This document shows, piece after piece, positions 40,950-50,463 of a DNA stretch of 64,000 nt. How positions within the stretch are numbered: the stretch's first letter is position 1; every line of letters starts with the position of its first letter. The notes under the pieces were generated by a model. That model was given only the letters and a program-made list of their open reading frames with translations, searched no databases and was not told the DNA's origin. The stretch spans positions 576,001 to 640,000 of the forward strand of contig JAXHMY010000001.1 in NCBI GenBank assembly GCA_034520965.1. The letters run 5' to 3'. Origin of the DNA: Spirochaetia bacterium (GTDB lineage: Bacteria > Spirochaetota > Spirochaetia > DSM-16054 > Sediminispirochaetaceae). The position numbers and the translations under genes are program-made.

Positions 40950-41642
40950 CTAGGAGGATTCCTTCATGCGGTACCCGACCCCACGGACAGTTTCTATATA
41001 CTTTCCCTTGTCCTGCAGCTTTTTTCGAAGCCCTAGAATCTGTACATCCACAGAACGCTCGGTTACCGGGTAATCCTCTCCCTTTACAACCCCAATAATC
41101 TGGCTTCGCGAAAATACCCACCCGGGGTTTCTTGCCAGGAACTCCAGAATCGAAAACTCGGTCACACTTAAATCCAGGGCGACGCCCTCACACTTTACTA
41201 CATGCCGGGCCGTATCGATGGTAATATTGTGTAGAGTAATAACCGGCTCATCCTTCACAGGCAGCGTCCGGCTCTGCTTCTGCCTCAACTGCCTGCGAAT
41301 CCTGGCTATTAGCACCTTTGGGCTGAAGGGCTTGGTCACATAGTCGTCGGCCCCCACTTCCAATCCGGTTATTACATCCGAGTCTTCACTTTTGGCGGTA
41401 AGCATAATGATGGGAATTTCAGCAGTGTCTTCTCTGCTCTTCAGCCGTTTGCACAGCTCAATACCGTCTATTCCCGGAAGCATAAGGTCGAGAACTACAA
41501 GATCTGATTTACCTGCTGCCGCCGCGGCCGCCTCGCCCGAACCCACCGCAATAACCTTGTATCCATCCCTCTCAAGGTTGTAAGTTAAAAGTTCAAGAAT
41601 ATCCTGTTCATCATCTACAACTAGAATGGTTTCATGTGCCAT
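40950..41642 (-). CDS. phoB: Phosphate regulon response regulator (OmpR family)
   Basis: LDLMLPGIDG, GADDYVTKPFS, RSVDVQI..LRKKL, ETVRGVGY; pst context. Confidence 0.92.
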   Translation of the reverse strand: MAHETILVVDDEQDILELLTYNLERDGYKVIAVGSGEAAAAAAGKSDLVVLDLMLPGIDGIELCKRLKSREDTAEIPIIMLTAKSEDSDVITGLEVGADDYVTKPFSPKVLIARIRRQLRQKQSRTLPVKDEPVITLHNITIDTARHVVKCEGVALDLSVTEFSILEFLARNPGWVFSRSQIIGVVKGEDYPVTERSVDVQILGLRKKLQDKGKYIETVRGVGYRMKESS

Positions 41643-41654
41643 GCTGCTCTCCTT

Positions 41655-42317
41655 TTACAGATTGAGTTCAATATGCTCTCCTGTAGAATCATACACCACC
41701 CATTCACTGATATTGGTAGCATGATCACCAAACCGCTCCAACCAGCGGGAGACAAACAGCAGCGTGGTTGCCTGATTGATGGTTGAAACATCGGCCATCA
41801 TATAGGTAAGCAGCTCTCTCCACACCTGATTATGCAGCTCATCAATACGATCGTCCAGCTGGGCCACGCTTATTGCCTTATCTTTGTCACGATCTGAAAA
41901 GGCGGTCAGCACCTCATGAATCATCGTCATACCATACTCCGCCATCTTAGGCAGATCAATAAGGGACTTAATAAATTTCTCCTGCGCCATTCTCACCGCA
42001 GCTTTCGCGATATGAACGCTATGATCCCCCATCCTCTCAAGCTGACTAATTACCTTCAGGCTGGTGATAATATGCCGCAACTCCCCCGCTACGGGCTGTT
42101 CCGTTGCAATTAAGACGGTGAGTCTGTCTTGAATCTGCTGCTCGAACCGGTTGATTGCGTCATCCCCGGCAATTACTTGTTCGGCCAGGGCGATATCCTG
42201 ATTCACCAGGGCTGTCATAGCCTTTTCGACCGACTCTTCTACATAGGCACCCATTTTCAAAATCTCACGATCGATTTCTGCAATGGCTTCATGATAATGT
42301 TTTCGTATTTTCTTCAT
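41655..42317 (-). CDS. phoU: Phosphate signalling protein PhoU
   Basis: QPVAGELR, LERMGDH, LERFGDHATNISEW. Confidence 0.96.
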   Translation of the reverse strand: MKKIRKHYHEAIAEIDREILKMGAYVEESVEKAMTALVNQDIALAEQVIAGDDAINRFEQQIQDRLTVLIATEQPVAGELRHIITSLKVISQLERMGDHSVHIAKAAVRMAQEKFIKSLIDLPKMAEYGMTMIHEVLTAFSDRDKDKAISVAQLDDRIDELHNQVWRELLTYMMADVSTINQATTLLFVSRWLERFGDHATNISEWVVYDSTGEHIELNL

Positions 42318-42388
42318 ATTTCTCTTCCTCTAAAACTTGTTTTTTCAGGCACTTTGGATAAACAAAAAAAAGATCAATCAAACCAATA

Positions 42389-43171
42389 TCAACCAAAACG
42401 GCCCGAGATATACGCTTCGGTTCTCTTATCCAAAGGGTTAAAAAAGATCTGATCGGTATTTCCCATCTCCACAAGAAAACCCGAACGCTCTTCATCCACC
42501 ATAAAAAAGGCGGTGTAATCGGAAATCCTTCCGGCTTGCTGCATATTATGGGTGACAATTGCAATTGTATAGGTCTGCTTCAATTCATCAATAAGATCTT
42601 CAATTTTGGCGGTGGAGATAGGGTCAAGGGCCGATGCCGGCTCATCCATTAAGAGAACCGAAGGTTGGACCGCAACAGCTCGGGCGATGCAGAGCCGCTG
42701 CTGCTGCCCCCCGGAAAGACTCAAGGCGTTCTGTTTTAGCTTGTCCTTTACCTCATCCCACAGAGCTGTTTTCTTCAAACTTGTCTCTACCAGTTCGTCC
42801 ATATTCCCATGGAAGCCGTTAATCCGGGCCCCCCAGGCGATATTTTCATAAATACTCTTGGGAAAGGGGTTGGGCTTCTGAAATACCATTCCAATTTTTC
42901 TTCGCACCTCTACGGGATCAACATTCTTATCATAGATGTTTTTCCCTTCAAAAAAGACCTCTCCCTTCGTTCCGGCCCCTTTGATCAGATCATTCATGCG
43001 GTTCATTGTTCTGATTACCGTGCTCTTCCCGCAGCCCGAAGGGCCGATTAAAGCGGTAACCTTGTTTTTCTCCAGTCCAAGGTTCACGTCCTTGGCTGCC
43101 AGGAAATCTCCATAATACTGATTAAGATTCTTAATAGTTATAATATATTCCGGTTCTTTTTGCATTTTCAT
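42389..43171 (-). CDS. pstB: Phosphate ABC ATPase
   Basis: [39 protein letters not shown]. Confidence 0.97.
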   Translation of the reverse strand: MKMQKEPEYIITIKNLNQYYGDFLAAKDVNLGLEKNKVTALIGPSGCGKSTVIRTMNRMNDLIKGAGTKGEVFFEGKNIYDKNVDPVEVRRKIGMVFQKPNPFPKSIYENIAWGARINGFHGNMDELVETSLKKTALWDEVKDKLKQNALSLSGGQQQRLCIARAVAVQPSVLLMDEPASALDPISTAKIEDLIDELKQTYTIAIVTHNMQQAGRISDYTAFFMVDEERSGFLVEMGNTDQIFFNPLDKRTEAYISGRFG

Positions 43172-43173
43172 CT

Positions 43174-44385
43174 CTATCCTTTTCTCTTTTTACCGATTTT
43201 ATCTCTGGCAACAATCGCAAACGCGTTCATTGAAAGCAGTAAAACCAACAAAGCTATGATGGCGGCGGCTGCAATATTTCTGAACTCAGCCTGGGGACGG
43301 GCGGTCCACTGGTAAATCTGAATGGGCAGGGTGGTAAACTTGGAAAATACATTATTTGGATCAACAGATATAAAGGTAGAAGCACCCACCACTATCAGCG
43401 GAGCAGTCTCTCCGACGGCCCTGGATACAGAGAGAATAGTGCCTGTGAGAATTCTATCGAAGGAAGCCGGCAGCACATGGTGCAAAATAGTTTGCCACTT
43501 GGTGGCGCCCAGCCCATAGCTTGAATCACGCAGAGTTTGGGGCACCCCGCGAATAGCCTCCTGACTGTTAATAATGATGATAGGCAGAATTAATAAGCCT
43601 AGGGTTAGTCCCGCCGAGAGTATCGTTCTGCCGTTGGCGGTACCGGCCTCTGCAAAGCCAAAAAGTGCACCGCTGGTAAGCGGCTCCAGGAACCTCACGA
43701 AGACAGCAAGCCCAAGCAAGCCGTAAATAATTGAGGGGACCCCGGAGAGGTTGTAAATATTTACCTGAATTATCTTGGTAAGCAGGTTAGGATTTGCATA
43801 CTCTTCAAGATAGATCGCCGCCGCAACACCTACCGGAAAGGCGAACAGAAGAGTTATGAGTATCATCCAGAGGCTGCCAAAGAGAGCTGTTCTAATTCCT
43901 GCAAATTCGGGGACGGGAGACTGGGGGGTTGTGATAAAATCCGTATTGAGCCATGCCCGGAACTCAACAATCCCCTGGGGGGCATTCGTATCTCTCCAGG
44001 CCTTAATATCATCCTTTCCCAGCAGAGATTCCAAAAGACTCCAGCTTTTTAAAATTTCCGGAGAAACGACCCTCTCGTACACCAGCCGCAGGAGCTCTGT
44101 TTCAGTACGCTCACCCAGGGGTTCCTCGTAATTAAAACGCCTTATAAGGCCCTTGGAAAGGTGCTCCTCAAGGACGCCGATAAGCTGCTCCTTTTCCACC
44201 TCTTCCAAAGACTGCCCATGTGCGGCCAGTTTCTCCGGTTCAATACTGTTTTCTATCACTACGTAACCGAAGGCGGAATTTACAATATTCAGGATGAGCA
44301 GGATGAGAAAAGTTATGGCGACAAGCGTGGACAGATAAAAAGCAAACTTCCATGCGATACCCTTTCTGTAGCGCTTATTACTCAT
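43174..44385 (-). CDS. pstA: Phosphate ABC permease PstA
   Basis: [27 protein letters not shown]. Confidence 0.95.
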   Translation of the reverse strand: MSNKRYRKGIAWKFAFYLSTLVAITFLILLILNIVNSAFGYVVIENSIEPEKLAAHGQSLEEVEKEQLIGVLEEHLSKGLIRRFNYEEPLGERTETELLRLVYERVVSPEILKSWSLLESLLGKDDIKAWRDTNAPQGIVEFRAWLNTDFITTPQSPVPEFAGIRTALFGSLWMILITLLFAFPVGVAAAIYLEEYANPNLLTKIIQVNIYNLSGVPSIIYGLLGLAVFVRFLEPLTSGALFGFAEAGTANGRTILSAGLTLGLLILPIIIINSQEAIRGVPQTLRDSSYGLGATKWQTILHHVLPASFDRILTGTILSVSRAVGETAPLIVVGASTFISVDPNNVFSKFTTLPIQIYQWTARPQAEFRNIAAAAIIALLVLLLSMNAFAIVARDKIGKKRKG

Positions 44386-45290
44386 TCATACACCTCCTGA
44401 TACTTGTGTACAACTATTCTGCTGATAATATTGAGCACCAGGGTAAACAGAAACAGCAGAAGGCCGAGAGCAAAAATACTGTTGTAATCCATGGTATCGT
44501 AGCCGATATCCCCCCCGCTGATTCTCACAATATAACCGGTCATAGTTTCCGCGGCTTTAAATGGATTGAAGGTAAAGTTGGGACCTGCTCCGGCTGCAAG
44601 GGCTACGATCATGGTCTCTCCGATGGCCCGGGAAAGGCCTACGATAAAGGCCGCCGCAATTCCGGAGAAGGCCGCAGGCAGAACAATCTGGGTTGAAGTC
44701 TCCAGTTTGGTGGCACCCAGTCCAAAAGCACCTTCCCGAAGTGAGGCGGGAACCGCACCAAGGGCGTCTTCAACCATACTTGTGATCAATGGAAGAATAA
44801 GAATTCCCATAACAATGCCGGCGGAGGCGGTATTGTAAATTTCAACTGTATCCCTTCCAAAAAACACGCGCAGTAGGGGGGTCATAAAGGTAAGCGCAAA
44901 ATACCCGTAGACTACGGTGGGAATGCCGGCCAGTATTTCAAGTACAGGTTTCAGGATACTGCGGACCCGCTCCGATGCGTATTCACTTAGGTAGATAGCT
45001 ACCCCTATTCCAAGGGGAGTGGCTACCAGCATTGCAATTGTACTGGTGGTAATGGTTGCATTGAGCAGAGGAAGAACACCAAACTCATTGATCATGGGCT
45101 GCCATTTTTTTGAAAAGAAGAACTCCTTCAGGCTTACTTCCTGGCTCCCGAAAAAGAGGAATGATTCTTCGGCTAGAATACTCACAATTCCAATAGTTAT
45201 AAATATTGAAATCACTGCGCTTATAAAAAGCAGGCTGGAAACGGCAATTTCCACCGGTCGCTTTTTTTTCTGAAGTTCATTTCCTATCAT
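44382..45290 (-). CDS. pstC: Phosphate ABC permease PstC
   Basis: LAGIPTVVYG, SRAIGETMIV. Confidence 0.96.
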   Translation of the reverse strand: MIGNELQKKKRPVEIAVSSLLFISAVISIFITIGIVSILAEESFLFFGSQEVSLKEFFFSKKWQPMINEFGVLPLLNATITTSTIAMLVATPLGIGVAIYLSEYASERVRSILKPVLEILAGIPTVVYGYFALTFMTPLLRVFFGRDTVEIYNTASAGIVMGILILPLITSMVEDALGAVPASLREGAFGLGATKLETSTQIVLPAAFSGIAAAFIVGLSRAIGETMIVALAAGAGPNFTFNPFKAAETMTGYIVRISGGDIGYDTMDYNSIFALGLLLFLFTLVLNIISRIVVHKYQEVYE

Positions 45291-45326
45291 TTCATTCTGT
45301 ATCCTTTAAGGTGTAATGCCTTCACA

Positions 45327-45366
45327 GCAGAGCAGGAAGCGACCAAAGGTCCTTCCTGCCGACTGC
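45327..45366 (-). other. Intercistronic stem-loop after pstS
   Basis: GCAGGAAG-c-GACC-aaa-GGTC-CTTCCTGC. Confidence 0.65.
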
Positions 45367-45412
45367 GTCATTTTTTAACTGTGAACTGCTGGCATCCACT
45401 GCGCTGTTTAGT

Positions 45413-46426
45413 TTAGTAGGTTCCTTCCATCGCATCGATCCAGTTCTGTTTAGCAGTCTCAAGTGCAGCTGGAGCTGCAGGGAAGTAGCCAACTCTGCCG
45501 ATATCTTCATTTACGTAAGTGAGGTAATAGGCAATAAAGGCGGCCACCTGGGGTTTGTTTTTCATGATATCCGCATCGGAGTACATAAAGATGGGCCGTG
45601 CCAGGGGATAGGTGTTGTTGTCCACATTCGCAGCATTGGCTTCGACTCCCTCGATGGAGAGGATGTTCAGTTTCTCTTGATTTTCTTCGTAGTAGGCGTA
45701 GCCGAAGAATGCAACTCCATAAGGGCTTCCCTCTACACCCTGTACAAGAATGTTGTCATCTTCACTGAGCTGAAGGTTGTCGGCGCCAAGAATCTCTTCG
45801 GGGTTTTTGTCATATACTTCCTCGACAAAGTAGTCAAAGGTACCACTGTCTGTTCCAGGGATGAATCGAAGAATATCGCGGTCGGGCCAGTCAGGATTCA
45901 CATCGGACCAGCGGCGGGCACCGGAGAAGATCATTGCAAGTTCATCGAGGGAGGCATTTTTTGCAAAGTCGTTCTCTTTGCTCACAACCACTGCCAGAGC
46001 ATCGGTTCCAACCCTAAACTCAATGGGAGTTCTTCCAATCTCTTTCGCAGCTGCTATCTCTTTCTCTTTGATGGGGCGGCTTGCATTGGAGATATCACTC
46101 TCTCCTTCAACACAGAACCGCTCAAAACCTGCACCGCTTCCGATACTGTCAATGGTGATATTGCCGCTGTACCCTTCATCCTGAAAACGGGCAGCCATTA
46201 CCTCGGAAAGGGGAAATACAGTTGAACTTCCCATAGCAATGATATCACCCTTTACTTCCAGCGGGTTCACTCCCGGCAAAATCGGGTCTTCGGATTCATC
46301 GAGAATCCAGGCATATCCGGTGTCGTCGGTTTTTTCCGCTGAATCGTCGGCAGATTCCTGGGAACCCCCGGTAAAACCAAAAATCGTAACATTAAGCATC
46401 AGTAAAACCATAAGTAACTTCTGCAT
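45413..46426 (-). CDS. pstS: Phosphate ABC substrate-binding protein
   Basis: GSSTVFP, GSGAGFERFC, DISNASR, DSGTFDYF, YPLARP. Confidence 0.95.
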   Translation of the reverse strand: MQKLLMVLLMLNVTIFGFTGGSQESADDSAEKTDDTGYAWILDESEDPILPGVNPLEVKGDIIAMGSSTVFPLSEVMAARFQDEGYSGNITIDSIGSGAGFERFCVEGESDISNASRPIKEKEIAAAKEIGRTPIEFRVGTDALAVVVSKENDFAKNASLDELAMIFSGARRWSDVNPDWPDRDILRFIPGTDSGTFDYFVEEVYDKNPEEILGADNLQLSEDDNILVQGVEGSPYGVAFFGYAYYEENQEKLNILSIEGVEANAANVDNNTYPLARPIFMYSDADIMKNKPQVAAFIAYYLTYVNEDIGRVGYFPAAPAALETAKQNWIDAMEGTY

Positions 46427-46468
46427 CTTTTCCTCCTAAGGAAATTGTATTGTTACCGGTAATATGGA

Positions 46469-46514
46469 TGTTGAGCATGAGTTAAGGATTACGGCTATGT
46501 TAGGAAACTGTTAA
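46469..46514 (-). promoter_or_regulatory. Putative Pho boxes
   Basis: Two pairs of hexamers with an 11-bp period: TTAACA-N5-CTAACA and TTAACT-N5-TCAACA, upstream of pstS. Confidence 0.7.
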
Positions 46515-46603
46515 AACAGAAAAAATGCGCGGTTTTTGGGGCGGGATAAAACTGGTTCTTGCAAAAAAAAGAACAATAGTGTAGGCTGATTCTCACAATT
46601 TAA

Positions 46604-46689
46604 GCCGGCGTGGCGAAATTGGTAGACGCAGCAGACTCAAAATCTGCCGGGCTTCGCGGCCCGTGTCGGTTCGAGTCCGACCGCCGGTA
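46604..46689 (+). tRNA. tRNA-Leu(CAA), CCA not encoded
   Basis: Acceptor GCCGGCG/CGCCGGT, anticodon arm GCAGA-CTCAAAA-TCTGC, long variable arm, T arm GTCGG-TTCGAGT-CCGAC; promoter TTGCAA-N17-TAGGCT at 46559-46587. Confidence 0.97.
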
Positions 46690-46740
46690 AATTAACTTCT
46701 GATACGCTAAGTTTTTGGACGATCTAACATATAGAAAACT

Positions 46741-46843
46741 ATGAAACTCAAGGTAGACAAGTAAAACGACGCTCTTTATTTCCGTTTGGATGACAAAAGG
46801 GTAAAATATTCTGAAAAGTCTCACCTTTGAGTTCAAAAGCTGA
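46741..46843 (+). pseudogene. DUF2283-family remnant (putative toxin-antitoxin partner)
   Basis: MKLKVDK*NDALYFRLDD, then after an apparent deletion ILKSLTFEFKS*. Confidence 0.65.
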
Positions 46844-46865
46844 TCGACCATATAGTGCTGATTAT

Positions 46866-47255
46866 TCACTCTACTGATTGGATGTCTGTTTCCGGGAAGT
46901 CGCTTCCCTTGTAGAGAAGCGGCTCTTCCTTCACAGTTGCGAGGGCGTACGAAAAACAATCCCCGTAGTTGAGACCTGCCGTATGCCGGCCTTTACCAAA
47001 GCGACGGTATGCATAGAGCGCAATTTCCGCCTGTTCCAAGTCCACCTGTTCTACCTGAATTTCCGCACGGCTCATAAAGAGTATGAGTTGATGCGTACCA
47101 GCACTTCCAAAACGAGATTCCAGCACGATTCCGGCCTCAACATAGGATGCAGCGGACATTCTCCGTATCGGAGCGTCCACAATAAAGCGAAGAAACGTGT
47201 CGCGTTCTGACTCGTTTTGTAGAACAGCAAGAACAGCTGAGGTGTCGATGACCAT
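46866..47255 (-). CDS. vapC: VapC PIN-domain toxin
   Basis: MVIDTSA, FGKGRHTAGLNYGDCFSYALA, LLYKGSDF..TD. Confidence 0.95.
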   Translation of the reverse strand: MVIDTSAVLAVLQNESERDTFLRFIVDAPIRRMSAASYVEAGIVLESRFGSAGTHQLILFMSRAEIQVEQVDLEQAEIALYAYRRFGKGRHTAGLNYGDCFSYALATVKEEPLLYKGSDFPETDIQSVE

Positions 47256-47515
47256 TACTCTGAGATTCCCCTCTCATCGTAGCCGATGATTTCTTCAGCA
47301 CTGCGTTCGTCGTGGACTGGAAGATCTGCGGTGAACTCTGCAATATCCTGCAGCTCACTAAACAGCGCGTTACGATTGCGCAGTTTACGTGTTTTTCTAC
47401 GCTCGACCGCATCCTGTAGGGCCGATGTAACAGCATCGGTAATCGATGTATCTGTGAGCTCGGCCAGTTCCCTTGCCAGCGCATGCGCTTGTTCATTTTT
47501 AATATTCAACGGCAC
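47255..47515 (-). CDS. vapB: VapB antitoxin (Rv0623-like)
   Basis: MPLNIKN..AHALARELAELTDTSITDAV..AL; EEIIGYDERG; stop overlaps the vapC start. Confidence 0.93.
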   Translation of the reverse strand: MPLNIKNEQAHALARELAELTDTSITDAVTSALQDAVERRKTRKLRNRNALFSELQDIAEFTADLPVHDERSAEEIIGYDERGISE

Positions 47516-47628
47516 TTTTTTCCTCCATTAAAGTATTTTTTCCTCCTTCTTTAATATAATAGAAAAAGTGATCCCTGTAAAGCCGTCATAACCGTGCGGC
47601 CAAAAACTTAACATTTGTTCAGTGGAAA

Positions 47629-48829
47629 CTACGCCTTCTCCAAAGCCGCTACAAATTCTTTCCCAAAATTGCGAGCTGTTTCCAGAATCTCCTCATCCGG
47701 CTCCCAGAGGGTCTTCAATCCGTCATTTACCAGTTTAAAACCCGAATCTTCAAGAGCCTTGTTGAGGATCGAGACCGACTCTCCGCTCCAGCCGTAGGGA
47801 CCAAAGGCGGCGGCCTGTTTCCCGCGAAATTTTAATCCCTTCGCCTCTTCAATGATAGCGGCTGTGGAGGTCAGGATACCTTTGTTGATGGTTGGCGAAC
47901 CCAACAGGATGGCCTTGGAGGCGAATATTTCAGTCATAATGTCGTTTTTGTCACGCTTAGCGCTGTTAAACAGCCGCACATCTACCTGCGGGATCGGCAT
48001 TGTGAATACCTTCGGCAATGGCCTCGGCCAAACGACGGGTACCGCCCCACATGGTATCATAAATGAGGGAGATACGGTTTTCCTGGTACTCATCGGCCCA
48101 CTCAAGATACTTTTCAACAATCTGGGTTGGGTTTTCTCTCCAGATTATCCCGTGACTAGTGGCGATCATATCCACCGGCACCTCGAGGGCAAGTACCTCT
48201 TTTATTTTTTTGGTCACCAGTGGACTGAAGGGTGTAAGAATATTGGCATAGTATTTAATTGCTTCCTGGAAGAGCTCTTCCTGGTCGACCTGATCGTTGA
48301 ACAGATGCTCCGAGGCGTAGTGCTGCCCGAAGGCGTCGTTACTGAACAGAATATTGTCGCCGGTCAGATAGGTGAACATACTGTCGGGCCAGTGCAGCAT
48401 GGGTGCCTCGATAAATACCAGCTGCTTTCCGTTGCCAATATCGAGGGTATCACCGGTTTTCACCGTCTTGAAGTTCCAATCCTGGTGGTAATGGCCGCGT
48501 AGCGATTTAACCCCGTTGGCGGTACAGTAGATTGGTACGTCCGGGATTCGCTGCATCAACTCCGGCAGCGCCCCGCTGTGGTCTACCTCCGCGTGGTTGG
48601 CAATAATATAGTCGATACGTGCCAAATCAATCTCCTGCTCGAGGTTTGCCACAAACTCCTTGGCAAAGGGCGCCCATACGGTATCTATTAAAACCGTCTT
48701 CTCCTCTTCGACAAGAAATGAGTTGTAGGAACTGCCCTTATGAGTTGAGTATTCATCCCCATGGAAGCTGGTAAGCTCCCAATCTTTTTTTCCTACCCAA
48801 TGTACCTGTGATTTTAAATTACGTTTCAT
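47629..48829 (-). CDS. fprA: Flavodiiron protein FprA (O2/NO reductase; frameshift at about 47990)
   Basis: [39 protein letters not shown] and YGWSGE in the second frame. Confidence 0.93.
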
Positions 48830-48866
48830 GTCAAAACCTCCATCTCGGTTATTTATATCTAATTAA

Positions 48867-48910
48867 ATACTACAACTTTTTCAATGCAAAGACTGTAACA
48901 TAGGTTACGG
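48867..48910 (-). promoter_or_regulatory. Putative CRP/FNR-family site and -10 box for fprA
   Basis: Palindrome CTGTAAC-ATAG-GTTACGG at 48893-48910, centred at about -41.5 relative to TAGTAT (48872-48867). Confidence 0.6.
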
Positions 48911-48979
48911 AAGACCCCGTGTTTTTGCCTTATATTAGATTTTTTACTATATTTGAAAGGAGAGATAACGGAGGCGCAT

Positions 48980-50131
48980 ATGATAAAGTTAGGATTCTTG
49001 AAAGAGATGGCAGCTGGTGAAGCACGGGTGGCGTTGGTGCCTGACCATGTACCCAGCTTGAGCAGTGCCGGCCTCACTGTCCTGGTGGAAGAAGGCGCCG
49101 GAGAGGCATCGGGTTTTACCGACCAGGAGTATCAGAACAAAGGGGCTGAGGTACAGCCGCGGCAGGAGGTACTCTCTGCAGCTGAAATTTTACTGACGGT
49201 TCGAACCGCCGCAGCTGTCCCGGCTGAAGAGTGGAAGGCCTATTCAGGTTTGAAGGAAGGGGCGGTGATAATAGGATTTGCCGACCCCTATCAGGCTCAT
49301 CCCTCCTTTGCCGACCTCATCAAGAAGAAGGTCAGCCTGCTGGCAATGGAGCTTATGCCGCGGATCACCCGCGCCCAGAGTATGGACGCCCTCTCATCCA
49401 TGGCCAATCTGGGCGGCTACAAGGCGGTTCTATTGGCTGCCGACCATCTTCCGCGAATATTCCCGATGATGATGACCGCAGCCGGAACCATCCTTCCCTC
49501 ACAGGTATTTGTACTAGGGGTGGGAGTTGCCGGGCTTCAGGCTATTGCCACTGCTAAACGGCTCGGCGGAGTGGTCAGCGCCTATGATATCAGACCCGAG
49601 GTAAAGGAACAGGTACAAAGTCTGGGAGCCAAATTTTTGCAGGTTGAACTTGAAAGCGGTGAAATAGAAACCGAGGGGGGCTATGCAAAAGAAATGGACG
49701 AGGAGTTTTACCGGCGACAGCGGGAGATGATGAACAAGGTTGTGGCCGAGAGCGAGGTAATTATCACAACCGCCGCGGTTCCCGGAAAAACAGCACCGAC
49801 TTTGCTAACCGAGGAGATGGTACAACAGATGAAACCCGGTTCGGTCATTGTGGATCTGGCCGCCGAACGGGGTGGGAACTGCGAGCTCACAAAAGCAGGT
49901 GAAACGGTAAAGACACATGGTGTCACAATTATCGGCCCCACAGACATACCCTCACGCCTGGCCTTCAATGCCAGTCGACTCTATTCCAAGAACATCACCA
50001 GCTTTTTGCTGCATCTGCTGCAGGAGGGTGAAGTGGTATTAAATCGTGAAGACGAAATTACCGGAAAAACACTGGTTTTAGACCGGGGCGCACCGGCAAG
50101 TGATGAGTTTCGCGACCGTCTGGAACTCTAA
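48980..50131 (+). CDS. pntA: NAD(P) transhydrogenase alpha part 1 (dI)
   Basis: GEARVALVP, PRITRAQSMDALSS, GVGVAGLQAIATA, EGGYAK, DLAAERGGNC. Confidence 0.96.
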   Translation: MIKLGFLKEMAAGEARVALVPDHVPSLSSAGLTVLVEEGAGEASGFTDQEYQNKGAEVQPRQEVLSAAEILLTVRTAAAVPAEEWKAYSGLKEGAVIIGFADPYQAHPSFADLIKKKVSLLAMELMPRITRAQSMDALSSMANLGGYKAVLLAADHLPRIFPMMMTAAGTILPSQVFVLGVGVAGLQAIATAKRLGGVVSAYDIRPEVKEQVQSLGAKFLQVELESGEIETEGGYAKEMDEEFYRRQREMMNKVVAESEVIITTAAVPGKTAPTLLTEEMVQQMKPGSVIVDLAAERGGNCELTKAGETVKTHGVTIIGPTDIPSRLAFNASRLYSKNITSFLLHLLQEGEVVLNREDEITGKTLVLDRGAPASDEFRDRLEL

Positions 50132-50168
50132 TCGTTCGGGACGAGGGGGAAAAAAAGGAGAAAGTGTT

Positions 50169-50462
50169 ATGGGAGATGCGACAGCATTTGTACAGATATT
50201 GACCATTTTTGTACTGGCAATTTTTGTTGGATTTGAGGTGATTACTAAGGTCCCGCCGATACTTCACACGCCGCTGATGTCCGGGTCCAATGCAATTTCC
50301 GGAATCACGGTAATCGGCGCTATCTTGGCGGTAGGTTCGGGAGAACATAATCTAACGGTGATACTGGGTTTAGTTGCCTTGGTAGCCGCCACTATCAACG
50401 TGGTGGGAGGTTTTCTGGTAACCCACAGAATGCTCAGAAAGTTCCAGCGGAAGGAGCAGTGA
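50169..50462 (+). CDS. pntA: NAD(P) transhydrogenase alpha part 2
   Basis: KVPPILHTPLMSGSNAISG, NVVGGFLVTHRML. Confidence 0.96.
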   Translation: MGDATAFVQILTIFVLAIFVGFEVITKVPPILHTPLMSGSNAISGITVIGAILAVGSGEHNLTVILGLVALVAATINVVGGFLVTHRMLRKFQRKEQ

Positions 50463-50463
50463 T

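Noticed and set aside
46600..46959. 119-aa minus-strand ORF
   Set aside because: It runs antisense through the tRNA-Leu gene and overlaps vapC; spurious
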